Shown: positions 8,964-18,422 of the stretch, piece by piece
Layout: the number at the start of each line of letters is the position of its first letter
Numbering within the stretch: position 1 is the stretch's first letter
From: a virus
Taxonomy: Duplodnaviria; Caudoviricetes
IMG/VR virus record: IMGVR_UViG_3300031519_000013
Location: 1-64,000 of that record
Length of the DNA: 64,000 nucleotides
Strand: one strand, 5' to 3'
Notes under the pieces: generated by a model
The model's input: only the letters and a program-made list of their open reading frames with translations
Told to the model about the DNA's origin: nothing
Databases searched by the model: none
Program-made: the position numbers and the translations under genes

Positions 8964-10017
8964 AACTGCACTTGTATGTGGTGCTGGTGGTTTCATCGGC
9001 AGTCACATGGTCCGTCGTTTGAAGAATGAAGGATACTGGGTACGTGGTGTTGATACCAAACGTCCAGAATACTCTGACACTGCTGCTGATGAATTTATTG
9101 TTGGCAATCTTACTGATCAAAAGTTTGTTGAGAGGGTAATTCTTTTCTCTGGTGAACAGGGCAACTTCTATCATCAAACTCCTGAAAATTTTCAAGAACC
9201 CTTTGATGAAATTTATCAATACGCTGCCGACATGGGTGGCGCTGGATATATTTTCAGTGGCGATAATGACTCTGAGGTCATGTATAATTCTGCCACAGTG
9301 AATCTGAATATCCTAAAAGCACAACTCGTTCTCAACCAAACGAAAGAAGTAAATAAAACCAAAATCTTTTACTCCTCCTCTGCCTGTATGTACCCTGAGT
9401 ATGCTCAGGAAGAAACAGATAATCCTGGATTGAGAGAATCTGATGCATATCCTGCTGGTCCTGACTCTGAATATGGTTGGGAGAAGTTGTTCTCTGAACG
9501 TCTGTATCTGACGTTCAATCGCAACCATGGCATTCCTGTTAGGATTGCTCGCTTTCATAACATCTATGGTCCTGATAGCACGTGGGATGGTGGTAAGGAG
9601 AAGTCTCCTGCTGCTATGTGCCGTAAGGTTGCATATGCTGAGGATGGTGGTACAATTGAGGTATGGGGTGATGGTGAACAGACTCGTTCATTCCTCTTTA
9701 TTGATGAATGTATCGAAGCCACCCGTCGCCTGATGAAGTCTGACTTCTTGGGACCTGTGAACATTGGTTCTGAGGAGATGGTATCTATTAATCATCTTGT
9801 TGAGACTGTTGCTAAGGTTGCTGGTAAGACCATCAATATTGAACACATTGATGGACCTTTGGGTGTACGTGGTCGCAACTCTAACAACGATTTAATTCGT
9901 GAGAAACTTGGATGGGATTTTAGCACTAGCCTAGAAGATGGTATTGCTCAGACCTTTGAATGGATTGAGGGTCAAATTGAACTTAAAAACAAAGAAGTAT
10001 TTCACGTAGCAGTATGA
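8956..10017 (+). CDS. GDP-mannose 3,5-epimerase-like SDR
   Basis: GAGGFIGSH, AADMGG, SSACMYP, YGWEK, RFHNIYGP, GGKEKSPAAMCRK, WGDGEQTRSF motifs. Confidence 0.85.
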   Translation: MTKTALVCGAGGFIGSHMVRRLKNEGYWVRGVDTKRPEYSDTAADEFIVGNLTDQKFVERVILFSGEQGNFYHQTPENFQEPFDEIYQYAADMGGAGYIFSGDNDSEVMYNSATVNLNILKAQLVLNQTKEVNKTKIFYSSSACMYPEYAQEETDNPGLRESDAYPAGPDSEYGWEKLFSERLYLTFNRNHGIPVRIARFHNIYGPDSTWDGGKEKSPAAMCRKVAYAEDGGTIEVWGDGEQTRSFLFIDECIEATRRLMKSDFLGPVNIGSEEMVSINHLVETVAKVAGKTINIEHIDGPLGVRGRNSNNDLIREKLGWDFSTSLEDGIAQTFEWIEGQIELKNKEVFHVAV

Positions 10018-10874
10018 AAACAGTAACTGTGCTTGGATCAAGTGGGCAAATTGGTGCCTACTTGACCACGTATCTTCGTGACAAAGGTTACAAGGTATAT
10101 GAACATGACATTGTGAGAAGTCCTTTGGAAGATATGACATATTTTCCAAACCAAGTTCTTGAAAGAAAAATTGAAGACAGTGATTTTGTTTTCTTCCTTG
10201 CATTTGATGTAGGTGGATCACGTTATCTTGCTAAGTATCAGCATACGTTTGACTTCATTAACAATAACACTAGGTTGATGGCACAAACGTTTGGTTTTTT
10301 GGAGAAGTATAAGAAACCTTTCGTGTTTGCATCATCTCAGATGAGTAACATGAGTTACTCTCCCTATGGTGTATTGAAACGTGTTGGTGAATTGTATACT
10401 CGTTCATTGAAAGGACTTACTGTCAAGTTCTGGAACGTGTATGGTATCGAATATGATGAAGAGAAGTCTCACGTCATTACTGACTTCATTCGTAAGGGAT
10501 TTGAGGTTGAAAATGGTGGCACTATTGAGATGTTGACTGACGGCACTGAGGAACGTCAGTTTCTTTACGCTGAGGATTGTTGTGAAGCACTTGAAGAAGT
10601 GATGAACTCCTTCTCCAACTTCAAGATCGATGATGAACTACACATCACATCGTTTAGATCTGAATCTATTAAAGATGTTGCTCAAATCATCATGGGACAA
10701 TTCAACATGATTAATAAAGAAGTACACTTTAAACCAGCAGAAGCAAAGGATACTGTCCAACAAAACAAAAAGAATGAAGCAAACACTTATATCACTGGAT
10801 GGTGGTTGCCGAAGACTACTATTCAACAAGGTATTGCAAAGGTCTTTAATCAAATGAGGGAAGAAAGAGAATGA
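10014..10874 (+). CDS. NAD-dependent epimerase/dehydratase (atypical SDR)
   Basis: GSSGQIG, FASS, YGVLK, FWNVYG, RQFLYAEDC motifs. Confidence 0.8.
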   Translation: MKTVTVLGSSGQIGAYLTTYLRDKGYKVYEHDIVRSPLEDMTYFPNQVLERKIEDSDFVFFLAFDVGGSRYLAKYQHTFDFINNNTRLMAQTFGFLEKYKKPFVFASSQMSNMSYSPYGVLKRVGELYTRSLKGLTVKFWNVYGIEYDEEKSHVITDFIRKGFEVENGGTIEMLTDGTEERQFLYAEDCCEALEEVMNSFSNFKIDDELHITSFRSESIKDVAQIIMGQFNMINKEVHFKPAEAKDTVQQNKKNEANTYITGWWLPKTTIQQGIAKVFNQMREERE

Positions 10875-11731
10875 GTATTGGATATAACGGACTAGGTAAC
10901 AACGGCCGCCTAGGCAATCAGATGTTCCAGTATGCTGCTCTACGTGGTATTGCAGCACATCGTGGGTTTGATTTTATGTTCCCACCTCCATATGATAGTG
11001 TAGATAATTATGCTATTCATGATTGTTTTAAACTGACCAATGTCTCTGATAGAAACATTGGATTCCATCCTTCTGAGCAGTATGCACAAGAGGGACAGTT
11101 TCATTTCAATGAAGGGTTATATAATGAACTTCCTGATGGTGTAAACCTTTATGGTTTCTATCAGACAATGAGGTATTGGCAAGATATTGAGAACGACATT
11201 CGTCAAGACTTTGAGTTTAAGAAAGGTATTCTTGAACCATGCAAAGAAATGATGGAGAGTTTTGATCAACGTCCCATCATGCTACATGTTCGTCGTGGTG
11301 ATCCTAATCTTGCAGACAAACGTGGATTCAAGTGGGCATATGTGAACCTACAAGATCAACATCCTGTTCAAACTCTGGAATACTATGAGCAGGCTCTGAG
11401 TAAGTTTGATGCAAATGTACCTGTCATTGTTTTCTCAGATTCTATTAACTGGTGTAAGGAGCAAGAGTTCTTCTCTGCTGATCGTTTTAATTTCTCTGAG
11501 TCTACTGAACAACATGAAGATGGTGCTCTTGTTCCTTTTGTTGATCTCTGTCTTATGTCTCTATGCGATGGTGGTATCACCGCTAATAGTTCACTATCAT
11601 GGTGGGGTGGATTCCTTCAACAGGAACGTACTCGCCCTCTGGTATCCCCAGTAAACTGGTTTGGACCTGCATATGCAAGTCATGATACCAAAGATCTTAT
11701 TCCTAGCAATCGTGATTGGATTAGATTATGA
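10871..11731 (+). CDS. GT11 alpha-1,2-fucosyl/colitosyltransferase-like protein
   Basis: GRLGNQMFQYA, LHVRRGD, VFSDS, NSSLSWWG motifs. Confidence 0.9.
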   Translation: MSIGYNGLGNNGRLGNQMFQYAALRGIAAHRGFDFMFPPPYDSVDNYAIHDCFKLTNVSDRNIGFHPSEQYAQEGQFHFNEGLYNELPDGVNLYGFYQTMRYWQDIENDIRQDFEFKKGILEPCKEMMESFDQRPIMLHVRRGDPNLADKRGFKWAYVNLQDQHPVQTLEYYEQALSKFDANVPVIVFSDSINWCKEQEFFSADRFNFSESTEQHEDGALVPFVDLCLMSLCDGGITANSSLSWWGGFLQQERTRPLVSPVNWFGPAYASHDTKDLIPSNRDWIRL

Positions 11732-12435
11732 ATAAAATTGCCGTTGTAACAGCATCAGTTGGTGCAGGTTTACCAATTGAGCAAAGTGTATTTGAAGGTG
11801 TAGATTATCACGCCTTCGTTGACCTTGATTCTGAAACGGAACTTCCTACTGAGACTATGTGGAGTTATCATGGTGTCCCACAATGGAGCATCGATAAGCA
11901 GTACATGGATCGTAGACATGCGAAGATTTTTAAGATTCTTCCTCATCTCTTTCTACCTGGATACGATTACTATATTTGGATTGACTCTACTCACATGGTT
12001 GGAATGAATCCCAACCAGATTATTGAGATGTATTTGAAGGATTCTGACATCGCATTGTTCAAACATCCTGAACGTGATTGTGTATATGATGAAGGAGATA
12101 TTATTCAAGGAGTGAAGTTTGATAAAGGATATAATGTTCAGTCTCAAATGAACTTCTATGAATCAACTTCTTATCCTAGGAACAATGGATTGTATGAGTT
12201 GCCATGTAGAATCCAGAGAAACACTGGACAAATCCAAGCACTTATGCTAACCTGGTGGGAGTTGATCTGCAAGTATTCTTCTAGGGACCAACTGAGTCTT
12301 CCGTTTGCGATGACTCTACATGATATCACTCCTGCTATCATGCCTGGTAATGCGAATGGAATCATGCGTAATAGCATTCTTCCCCAGATTAGAAACTCAA
12401 ATCACCGTAGAGTACACGACTTTTTTAATGTGTAG
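11728..12435 (+). CDS. DUF616/TOD1-MUCI70-like glycosyltransferase
   Basis: KIFKILPHLFLPGYDYYIWID, FKHPERDCVYDE, RDQLSLPF motifs. Confidence 0.75.
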   Translation: MNKIAVVTASVGAGLPIEQSVFEGVDYHAFVDLDSETELPTETMWSYHGVPQWSIDKQYMDRRHAKIFKILPHLFLPGYDYYIWIDSTHMVGMNPNQIIEMYLKDSDIALFKHPERDCVYDEGDIIQGVKFDKGYNVQSQMNFYESTSYPRNNGLYELPCRIQRNTGQIQALMLTWWELICKYSSRDQLSLPFAMTLHDITPAIMPGNANGIMRNSILPQIRNSNHRRVHDFFNV

Positions 12436-13759
12436 TTTCATTTTTTCAAGTAAAGAACCAACTTCTGATTCCAATCACTTAATGGTGCGCCGTGGTCCTG
12501 ACACGACAAACCTGATTGAGGTCGGGGGTTATTTCTTTATGCATAACTTACTCAGTATCACAGGTAAGTTTACTCCACAGCCTTTTGTGGATGAAGAACG
12601 TGAAGTTGTAGTCGTGTACAACGGAGAGATCTATAATGCTCATGGATATGATAGCGACGGTAATATAATCATTCCTCGTTATTTCCAGTATGGGTTTCGA
12701 ATGCCTAGACATTTGGATGGTGAATTTGCTATGTGTCTGGTTGACTATAAGAATCAAAAGATTATACTATCAACTGATGTGTTTGCGACTAAACCACTGT
12801 GGTGGTGTATAGAGGATGGTGAGATTGGTGTAGCTACATATGAGTCTGCGCTACTAGAACTTGGATTCAAAGAACCAAAGAAGATTCCTGCTAACACCAG
12901 AATGCTCATTGGGTTTGATACAAATATTAGGCAGTATTTTATTGAAGACAAAGGTACTTTGTTTGATTTTAATCTAGATCAAACAAAAAATTCTTTTGAT
13001 GATTGGAACGAAGCATTTGCTAACTCTATTCGTAAGAGAACAGAAAACTGTCGTGAGAAGATCTTTATTGGACTATCAAGTGGGTATGATAGTGGATCCA
13101 TTGCGTGTGAACTTCGTAATCAAGACGTTTCACATACTGCATATACTCTGACTGGAACTGAGAATCTTGAAGTTCTAAAAGCTAGACACGATCTTTTCAA
13201 GGAAGACTCTACACATAAAGTGTACACATTGCCTGAGCATGAGAGGGGATCTATTGTAAGTTACATTGCAAGAAATGTTGAACCATTTAAAAATACAATT
13301 CATTCTTCTTCATCCGATTACAATGAATATGGTATGGATATTGTTGATGATCATGGCGGCGGTTCTCTTGTATACGTTTGTGATAAAGCAATTAGAGATG
13401 GAAACAAAGTCTATCTCTCCGGTTCAGGTGCAGATGAAATCTTTTCGGACTATGGATTCGGAGGAGTAAAGAAGTATCAGCACAGTAACTTTGGTGGATT
13501 GTTTCCTGATGATCTAGAAACTATTTTTCCATGGGCATCATTCTATGGCAGTTCACAAGAGACATATATTGCAAAAGAAGAACATGTAGCTGGGTCTTTT
13601 GGTATTGAAACTCGATACCCATACCTGGATAAATATGTCGTGCAGGAGTTTCTTTCGCTCACTCCTGAGTTAAAAAATTCAAAATATAAGTCAGTTCTTT
13701 TTAATTACTTGACTCAAAATAATTATCCCTTCTGTGAAAACGAAAAGATTGGTTTCTGA
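12428..13759 (+). CDS. Asparagine-synthetase-like glutamine amidotransferase
   Basis: True start MCSF (Ntn Cys2) at 12428; RRGPD, YNGEIYN, LDGEFA, GLSSGYDS, SGSGADE motifs. Confidence 0.85.
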   Translation: MCSFIFSSKEPTSDSNHLMVRRGPDTTNLIEVGGYFFMHNLLSITGKFTPQPFVDEEREVVVVYNGEIYNAHGYDSDGNIIIPRYFQYGFRMPRHLDGEFAMCLVDYKNQKIILSTDVFATKPLWWCIEDGEIGVATYESALLELGFKEPKKIPANTRMLIGFDTNIRQYFIEDKGTLFDFNLDQTKNSFDDWNEAFANSIRKRTENCREKIFIGLSSGYDSGSIACELRNQDVSHTAYTLTGTENLEVLKARHDLFKEDSTHKVYTLPEHERGSIVSYIARNVEPFKNTIHSSSSDYNEYGMDIVDDHGGGSLVYVCDKAIRDGNKVYLSGSGADEIFSDYGFGGVKKYQHSNFGGLFPDDLETIFPWASFYGSSQETYIAKEEHVAGSFGIETRYPYLDKYVVQEFLSLTPELKNSKYKSVLFNYLTQNNYPFCENEKIGF

Positions 13760-13760
13760 A

Positions 13761-14582
13761 ATGACAAATGAATTTAAAGATATTACCCCTGGTAATGGAA
13801 TTCGCGCAGGTAAGTATGGTGGATGGAATTTCTCAACAGAAGAGAACTTCCAATTTAGTAACCTAGGAACAAACCTTCTTGCTCTATCTCGTATTGTAGA
13901 TAAGTGTGGAGATAATAATACCTTTGTTGACCTTGGGGTTGACTTTGGTGTTTCTTCTCTATGCCTCACCTATGATTCTATTGAAAGGCACAATCAAGTT
14001 TACGGTATCGATACACAGTTCAAAAGAACTGGATTTGATCTTTGGGATTTCCCCAACTACAATATGATCGAAGGTGATAGTTCTAGTGTTGGAAAGCATT
14101 GGGATACATCTGAGTATGGTAAGGTAAAACTTTTATTTGTTGATTCGATTCATGTTGCAGCACAAGTAGCAACTGAACTTTATCATTGGTATCCTCACAT
14201 GGAGGATGACAGTTGGATTGTTTTTCATGATACTAACTGGCCTGAGGGTATGCATGACTTAACATGGCACCCTAAGGTGCAAGAGTCTGGTATCAAATGG
14301 GATCGTCCTGAGATTGCTGTTGGACTGTTCTTTGGTATTACTGATCTCTTTGATCAGTATCGTAATCAAGGATTCAGGTACGAAGATGAATTTATCAGGG
14401 TTCGTCATCGTCCAGAGTCATGGGGATTGACCTCTGTTCATATCAAGAAGAAGAAAGATTATGTTTCTAACATTGACGCGGAAGACTGGAATAAGATCTT
14501 TGAAGATCGTAATGAAGTAATTTCATATTTCCAGAACGAACCTGATGCTTTTGTAATTGAGGACATTAGAAATAATGAGTGA
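13761..14582 (+). CDS. Class I SAM-dependent methyltransferase (Methyltransf_24-like)
   Basis: FVDLGVDFGVS, GDS, LLFVDSIH, IVFHDT motifs. Confidence 0.75.
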   Translation: MTNEFKDITPGNGIRAGKYGGWNFSTEENFQFSNLGTNLLALSRIVDKCGDNNTFVDLGVDFGVSSLCLTYDSIERHNQVYGIDTQFKRTGFDLWDFPNYNMIEGDSSSVGKHWDTSEYGKVKLLFVDSIHVAAQVATELYHWYPHMEDDSWIVFHDTNWPEGMHDLTWHPKVQESGIKWDRPEIAVGLFFGITDLFDQYRNQGFRYEDEFIRVRHRPESWGLTSVHIKKKKDYVSNIDAEDWNKIFEDRNEVISYFQNEPDAFVIEDIRNNE

Positions 14583-15459
14583 GAATGTAAAACATATGCA
14601 CATCTGTTGCGACGGTAGTTTTGGCAACAGATATAGTGGGTTGATTGGTGGACTTACTTTGGCAAGGTTATGTGGTCTACCAGCAACCATCAGTTGGCCT
14701 AGTACAAATATGTGTCGTGCTCTTTGGGATGATATCTTTGCTCCAAGGGAAAATGTAGTTGATTGGAGACTCAAAGAATTCTTTCCTCATGTAGAGAAGT
14801 ATGATTTCTTGACTGTATCTGATCAGCATGTCGGTCTGTTTAGAGATCATGGTAATATGAGAATGGTTGATCCAGGCACTCTTACCTTGGAGCAAGCATG
14901 TATCTCTGTTGCTAATAGTCAGAAGAACATCTTCTACTACACACCATTGATCTATGATTGGTTGCCTGAGAATGAAGTTCGGAACACTATCCGAGAACTT
15001 CTATTCAACAAGGATATTATGGCAGTAGTTGCTAATTATCTTTCAAAAAATCTACAAGGTGGTTACTATGGTATTCATCTTCGCATGACCGACTTCAAAG
15101 GTATCGAAGATTTCGACGTTGATTTCTGGTATAATACTGTCGAAAAAGACACTCAAAATAAATTCTTTATTTGTTCAGATGATCCATCGACTGAGGCGCG
15201 TTTTAGCGGACTACCGAATGCTTTCTCTTATCCGAAAGAATACAAAACAGAAAAGTTCATTGAGGATGGAGATTGGCACCATCCGTACACTGATGAAGAT
15301 GGAAGAAGTTCGGTCTTTAATGTCGAAAGAGGAACAGAACATGTCAAAGAAGCAGTCATCGACTTCCTTCTCCTCTCGCTTTCGCAACCGTTTGACACGG
15401 GGGTCCAAAGCACTTTCCTCAGGATGGCAAAACGTGTTGGATCGGCTTTCAAATCATGA
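14575..15459 (+). CDS. NodZ/GT23-like fucosyltransferase-fold protein
   Basis: DGSFGNRY, GIHLRMTD, FFICSDD, AVIDFLLLS pattern. Confidence 0.65.
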   Translation: MSENVKHMHICCDGSFGNRYSGLIGGLTLARLCGLPATISWPSTNMCRALWDDIFAPRENVVDWRLKEFFPHVEKYDFLTVSDQHVGLFRDHGNMRMVDPGTLTLEQACISVANSQKNIFYYTPLIYDWLPENEVRNTIRELLFNKDIMAVVANYLSKNLQGGYYGIHLRMTDFKGIEDFDVDFWYNTVEKDTQNKFFICSDDPSTEARFSGLPNAFSYPKEYKTEKFIEDGDWHHPYTDEDGRSSVFNVERGTEHVKEAVIDFLLLSLSQPFDTGVQSTFLRMAKRVGSAFKS

Positions 15460-16202
15460 ATGATATCTCCATTGCGGTTCCTGCATATGAGATGAAAGGA
15501 TATGGTGGTAAGTATCTAAAAGAACTTTTTTCCAGTATCAATAAACAATCTTATAAGGATGTTGAAGTCGTTGTTTCTGACCACTCACGTGGTAACATGG
15601 ATGTTTATAATGCATGTAAACAATACTCTGAAAAACTTCGTATTGTTTACATTCAAAACTTTTATGATCGTGGTAATGGACCAGCAAATACAAACTTTGC
15701 ACTTAAAAGGTGTACTGGTAGTATAATCAAAATCATGTTTCAGGATGATCTATTCATTGATAATCTAGCTTTGATGAAGATCTACGGAAAATTCCTAGAT
15801 ACTGATACATCTTGGGTGGTTACTGGATTCAATCACACTCAGGATGGCAAAGAGTTTTATAGACCCATGGTTCCTCGTTGGTCTGAGCATCTGTTAGAGG
15901 GACAAAATTTTATGGGCGGACCTTCCATCGTAACGATGAGAAGAGAAGCATTAGAGTTCTTTGATCCTGAATGCAAGATGCTAATGGACACAGAGTTCTA
16001 TCATAGAATGAGATATGATCACGGTATGCCGGAGATCATTGAAGATGTTCTTGTTTCTAGTCGAGAAGGTGACTATCGAATTTCTGCAAATCTTGATCTT
16101 GATATTGTTTGCCAGCATCCCGATGGATCATGGGAAGCAAACAGTAAAGAGTTAGAGTATGTTACTGACAAACATAGATACACAAGAAATTATGAAACAT
16201 GA
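15456..16202 (+). CDS. GT2 glycosyltransferase
   Basis: SIAVPAYE, VVVSDHS, GPANTN, IMFQDD motifs. Confidence 0.85.
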   Translation: MNDISIAVPAYEMKGYGGKYLKELFSSINKQSYKDVEVVVSDHSRGNMDVYNACKQYSEKLRIVYIQNFYDRGNGPANTNFALKRCTGSIIKIMFQDDLFIDNLALMKIYGKFLDTDTSWVVTGFNHTQDGKEFYRPMVPRWSEHLLEGQNFMGGPSIVTMRREALEFFDPECKMLMDTEFYHRMRYDHGMPEIIEDVLVSSREGDYRISANLDLDIVCQHPDGSWEANSKELEYVTDKHRYTRNYET

Positions 16203-17025
16203 TTTAAAAAACGCAACCTTTATTATGCCTCTCAGAATTGAGAGTGAAGATCGTTTGCGTAACATTGTTCTTAGTCTTGCGTACCTCTTGAAAAATTTTG
16301 ATACTAATGTTATCATTGAAGAGGTAGATGAGGACTCTAAGTTTCAGCAGTATGCTGCTCCTCAACTAGAAAAATTAGTTGATGATATGTCAAAGGTGAC
16401 TTTGATCTATGAAGAGAGTAAAGATCCTGTCTTCCATCGTACTAGAATCCTCAACGATATGTTGATGGAATCAAAGACTGATGTTGTAGTTAACTATGAT
16501 ACAGATGTAATTTTCCCAATCAGTAGCTATAATATTGCATATAATATGATCCTGAAAGAAGGATATGATTTAGTTTATCCATATGGTCAGGGTCATTATC
16601 AGGAGAAAGTTACTGTCAACCAGAAACTCATTCACAGTCTGATTGATAGTGACTTCTCCGAAAACTCATTTGCAAATCATCCTGATACAGAAAACTCTAC
16701 TTCTGATTATGGATGGGCACAGTTCTTCAATCGTCAATCTTATATTGATGGTGGTATGGAGAATGAAAACTTTATCTCATATGGTTATGAGGATAATGAA
16801 AGACCTGAACGATTTGAAAAACTTGGATACAAAGTCGGAAGAGTTGATCAGGCAATCTATCATATGGAACACGTCAGAACTATGAATTCTTGGTTTACTA
16901 ATCCACATATCGAAAACAATAAACAACTCTATAATGATCTGAGAGCAAAAGAACCTGGTGAATTAAAAGAGTATTACAAAAACGTTGAATACATGATTAA
17001 GAGGCTAAGTCATGGAAAGAAATAA
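16192..17025 (+). CDS. GT2/GT7-like glycosyltransferase
   Basis: NYDTD (DxD) and GGMENENFISYGYEDNE (GT7 C-terminal-like). Confidence 0.75.
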   Translation: MKHDLKNATFIMPLRIESEDRLRNIVLSLAYLLKNFDTNVIIEEVDEDSKFQQYAAPQLEKLVDDMSKVTLIYEESKDPVFHRTRILNDMLMESKTDVVVNYDTDVIFPISSYNIAYNMILKEGYDLVYPYGQGHYQEKVTVNQKLIHSLIDSDFSENSFANHPDTENSTSDYGWAQFFNRQSYIDGGMENENFISYGYEDNERPERFEKLGYKVGRVDQAIYHMEHVRTMNSWFTNPHIENNKQLYNDLRAKEPGELKEYYKNVEYMIKRLSHGKK

Positions 17026-17836
17026 ATCAGCTTACAAACTCAAAGGTATTCCTCCTGTTCTTTGGATCAATCTTGATGGTGATGAAGAACGTCAGAAACA
17101 TATGGAGGATCAGTTTGCTGACTGGGAAATTACTGATCACACACGTATCTCTGGCATTGATGCCAGGATCGAAGGTGAGTTTGAGGATCATCTAAGTGGA
17201 ACTGTTCCACATACGATGATCGCTAATGAGATTGGGTGTTGTATGTCTCACCTTAAAGCAATCAAATACTTCATTGAGGAGATGGATTGTGATGAGGTGA
17301 TGATCATGGAGGATGATGCATTCTTTGAGACTGTGAGATACTGGCCTTTCACATACAAGGAGGCAGCAACTTATTTTCCTTACAACTATGATGCTATGCA
17401 GTTGACCACCATCAATCCTGCTGTGGTATACGTGACACTACACAATCGTTTTATTAATGATTTTTCTGCTGCTGTATATGTTCTAAAAAGACATCATGCA
17501 GAGAAGATTTACAAGCATCATGTTAGAAAGAATAAGTTTAAACTTGATACTGATGTGAGACCTCGTGCCACATCAGAAGATATCATCTTTGAGAGTGGTA
17601 AGGTGTACTGTATTCCTATGTTCTTGTATCGTCTGGACCTTGGATCATCAATCCACCCAGAGCATATTGACATATTTCACCGGAACAGTTATAATGGTAT
17701 CTCGAACTTCTGGGTTGAGTCTGGAAGCATCGATGACTGGAAAACATTATTCAACTGGAACTGCTATCTTGGCAGATTACCACCCGGATATGATGAAAAT
17801 GGCAAGATTGAAGGGCATCCCGTCCACAATCAGTAG
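17012..17836 (+). CDS. GT25 glycosyltransferase
   Basis: WINLD..ER, GIDA, EIGCCMSH, IMEDDA motifs. Confidence 0.85.
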   Translation: MERNKSAYKLKGIPPVLWINLDGDEERQKHMEDQFADWEITDHTRISGIDARIEGEFEDHLSGTVPHTMIANEIGCCMSHLKAIKYFIEEMDCDEVMIMEDDAFFETVRYWPFTYKEAATYFPYNYDAMQLTTINPAVVYVTLHNRFINDFSAAVYVLKRHHAEKIYKHHVRKNKFKLDTDVRPRATSEDIIFESGKVYCIPMFLYRLDLGSSIHPEHIDIFHRNSYNGISNFWVESGSIDDWKTLFNWNCYLGRLPPGYDENGKIEGHPVHNQ

Positions 17837-17853
17837 GGTTTTCAAACCCACAC

Positions 17854-17887
17854 TTGACAAATTCTTTCTTTTCCAGTAGTATAAATA
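17854..17887 (+). promoter_or_regulatory. Overlapping sigma70 and T4-late-type promoters
   Basis: TTGACA-17nt-TAGTAT overlapped by TATAAATA (17880-17887). Confidence 0.6.
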
Positions 17888-17927
17888 CTTAACCTTTTGT
17901 CATAAAACGACGAGAGGTATAATTAAC

Positions 17928-17969
17928 AGAACCTTGTCGAGGTTCTTTCCATCCGTGGGACACTCCACG
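17928..17969 (+). promoter_or_regulatory. Twin-hairpin 5' leader
   Basis: AGAACCT/AGGTTCT and CGTGG/CCACG stems upstream of ATG 17993. Confidence 0.45.
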
Positions 17970-17992
17970 AGATATACTTAAAGGTAAAACAA

Positions 17993-18358
17993 ATGTTCAA
18001 ATCTGTATTCGCAGCACTGTCTGCAACCGCTTTCTCCGCCACCGCTGCCCTAGCCGGTCCCTACGTTAACGTAGAAACCAATGCTGGTTGGGTAGGCGAT
18101 GACTACACCGCTGCGACCACGGACCTTCACGTTGGATTTGAAGGCGAAGTAGGTGCTGCTGGATACTACGTCCAGGCTGGCCCTGCAATCGTCGCTGTTG
18201 ATGGCGAAGATACTGACACCCAGTTCTCTGGTAAAGCAGGAGTTGGCCTTCCCGTCTCCGATGCTCTTGGAGTATATGGTGAGATGTCCTTCCTGACCGC
18301 AGAAGACGATGATGACTTCGGTCTTGGTGGTAAGTTGGGCGTCAAGTACAACTTCTGA
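17993..18358 (+). CDS. Small outer-membrane beta-barrel-like protein
   Basis: Signal peptide (…AALA-G), amphipathic strands, C-terminal GVKYNF Phe. Confidence 0.7.
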   Translation: MFKSVFAALSATAFSATAALAGPYVNVETNAGWVGDDYTAATTDLHVGFEGEVGAAGYYVQAGPAIVAVDGEDTDTQFSGKAGVGLPVSDALGVYGEMSFLTAEDDDDFGLGGKLGVKYNF

Positions 18359-18396
18359 TCGTTCATATAGACACATAAACATCTAGATGTTATACT

Positions 18397-18422
18397 GGGG
18401 GTGCGACGGCATCCCCTTTTTT
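18397..18422 (+). terminator. Rho-independent terminator
   Basis: GGGGGTGC/GCATCCCC stem followed by T6. Confidence 0.75.

Noticed and set aside
12320-12427. Long N-terminal extension of the amidotransferase given by the ORF track
   Set aside because: Ntn enzymes need Cys at position 2; the MCSF start at 12428 overlaps the upstream stop in normal operon fashion
17886-17923. Possible Pho box (CTTAAC...TTGTCAT) upstream of the outer-membrane gene
   Set aside because: Half-sites match poorly and spacing to TATAAT does not fit PhoB-type geometry; it cannot be supported by eye
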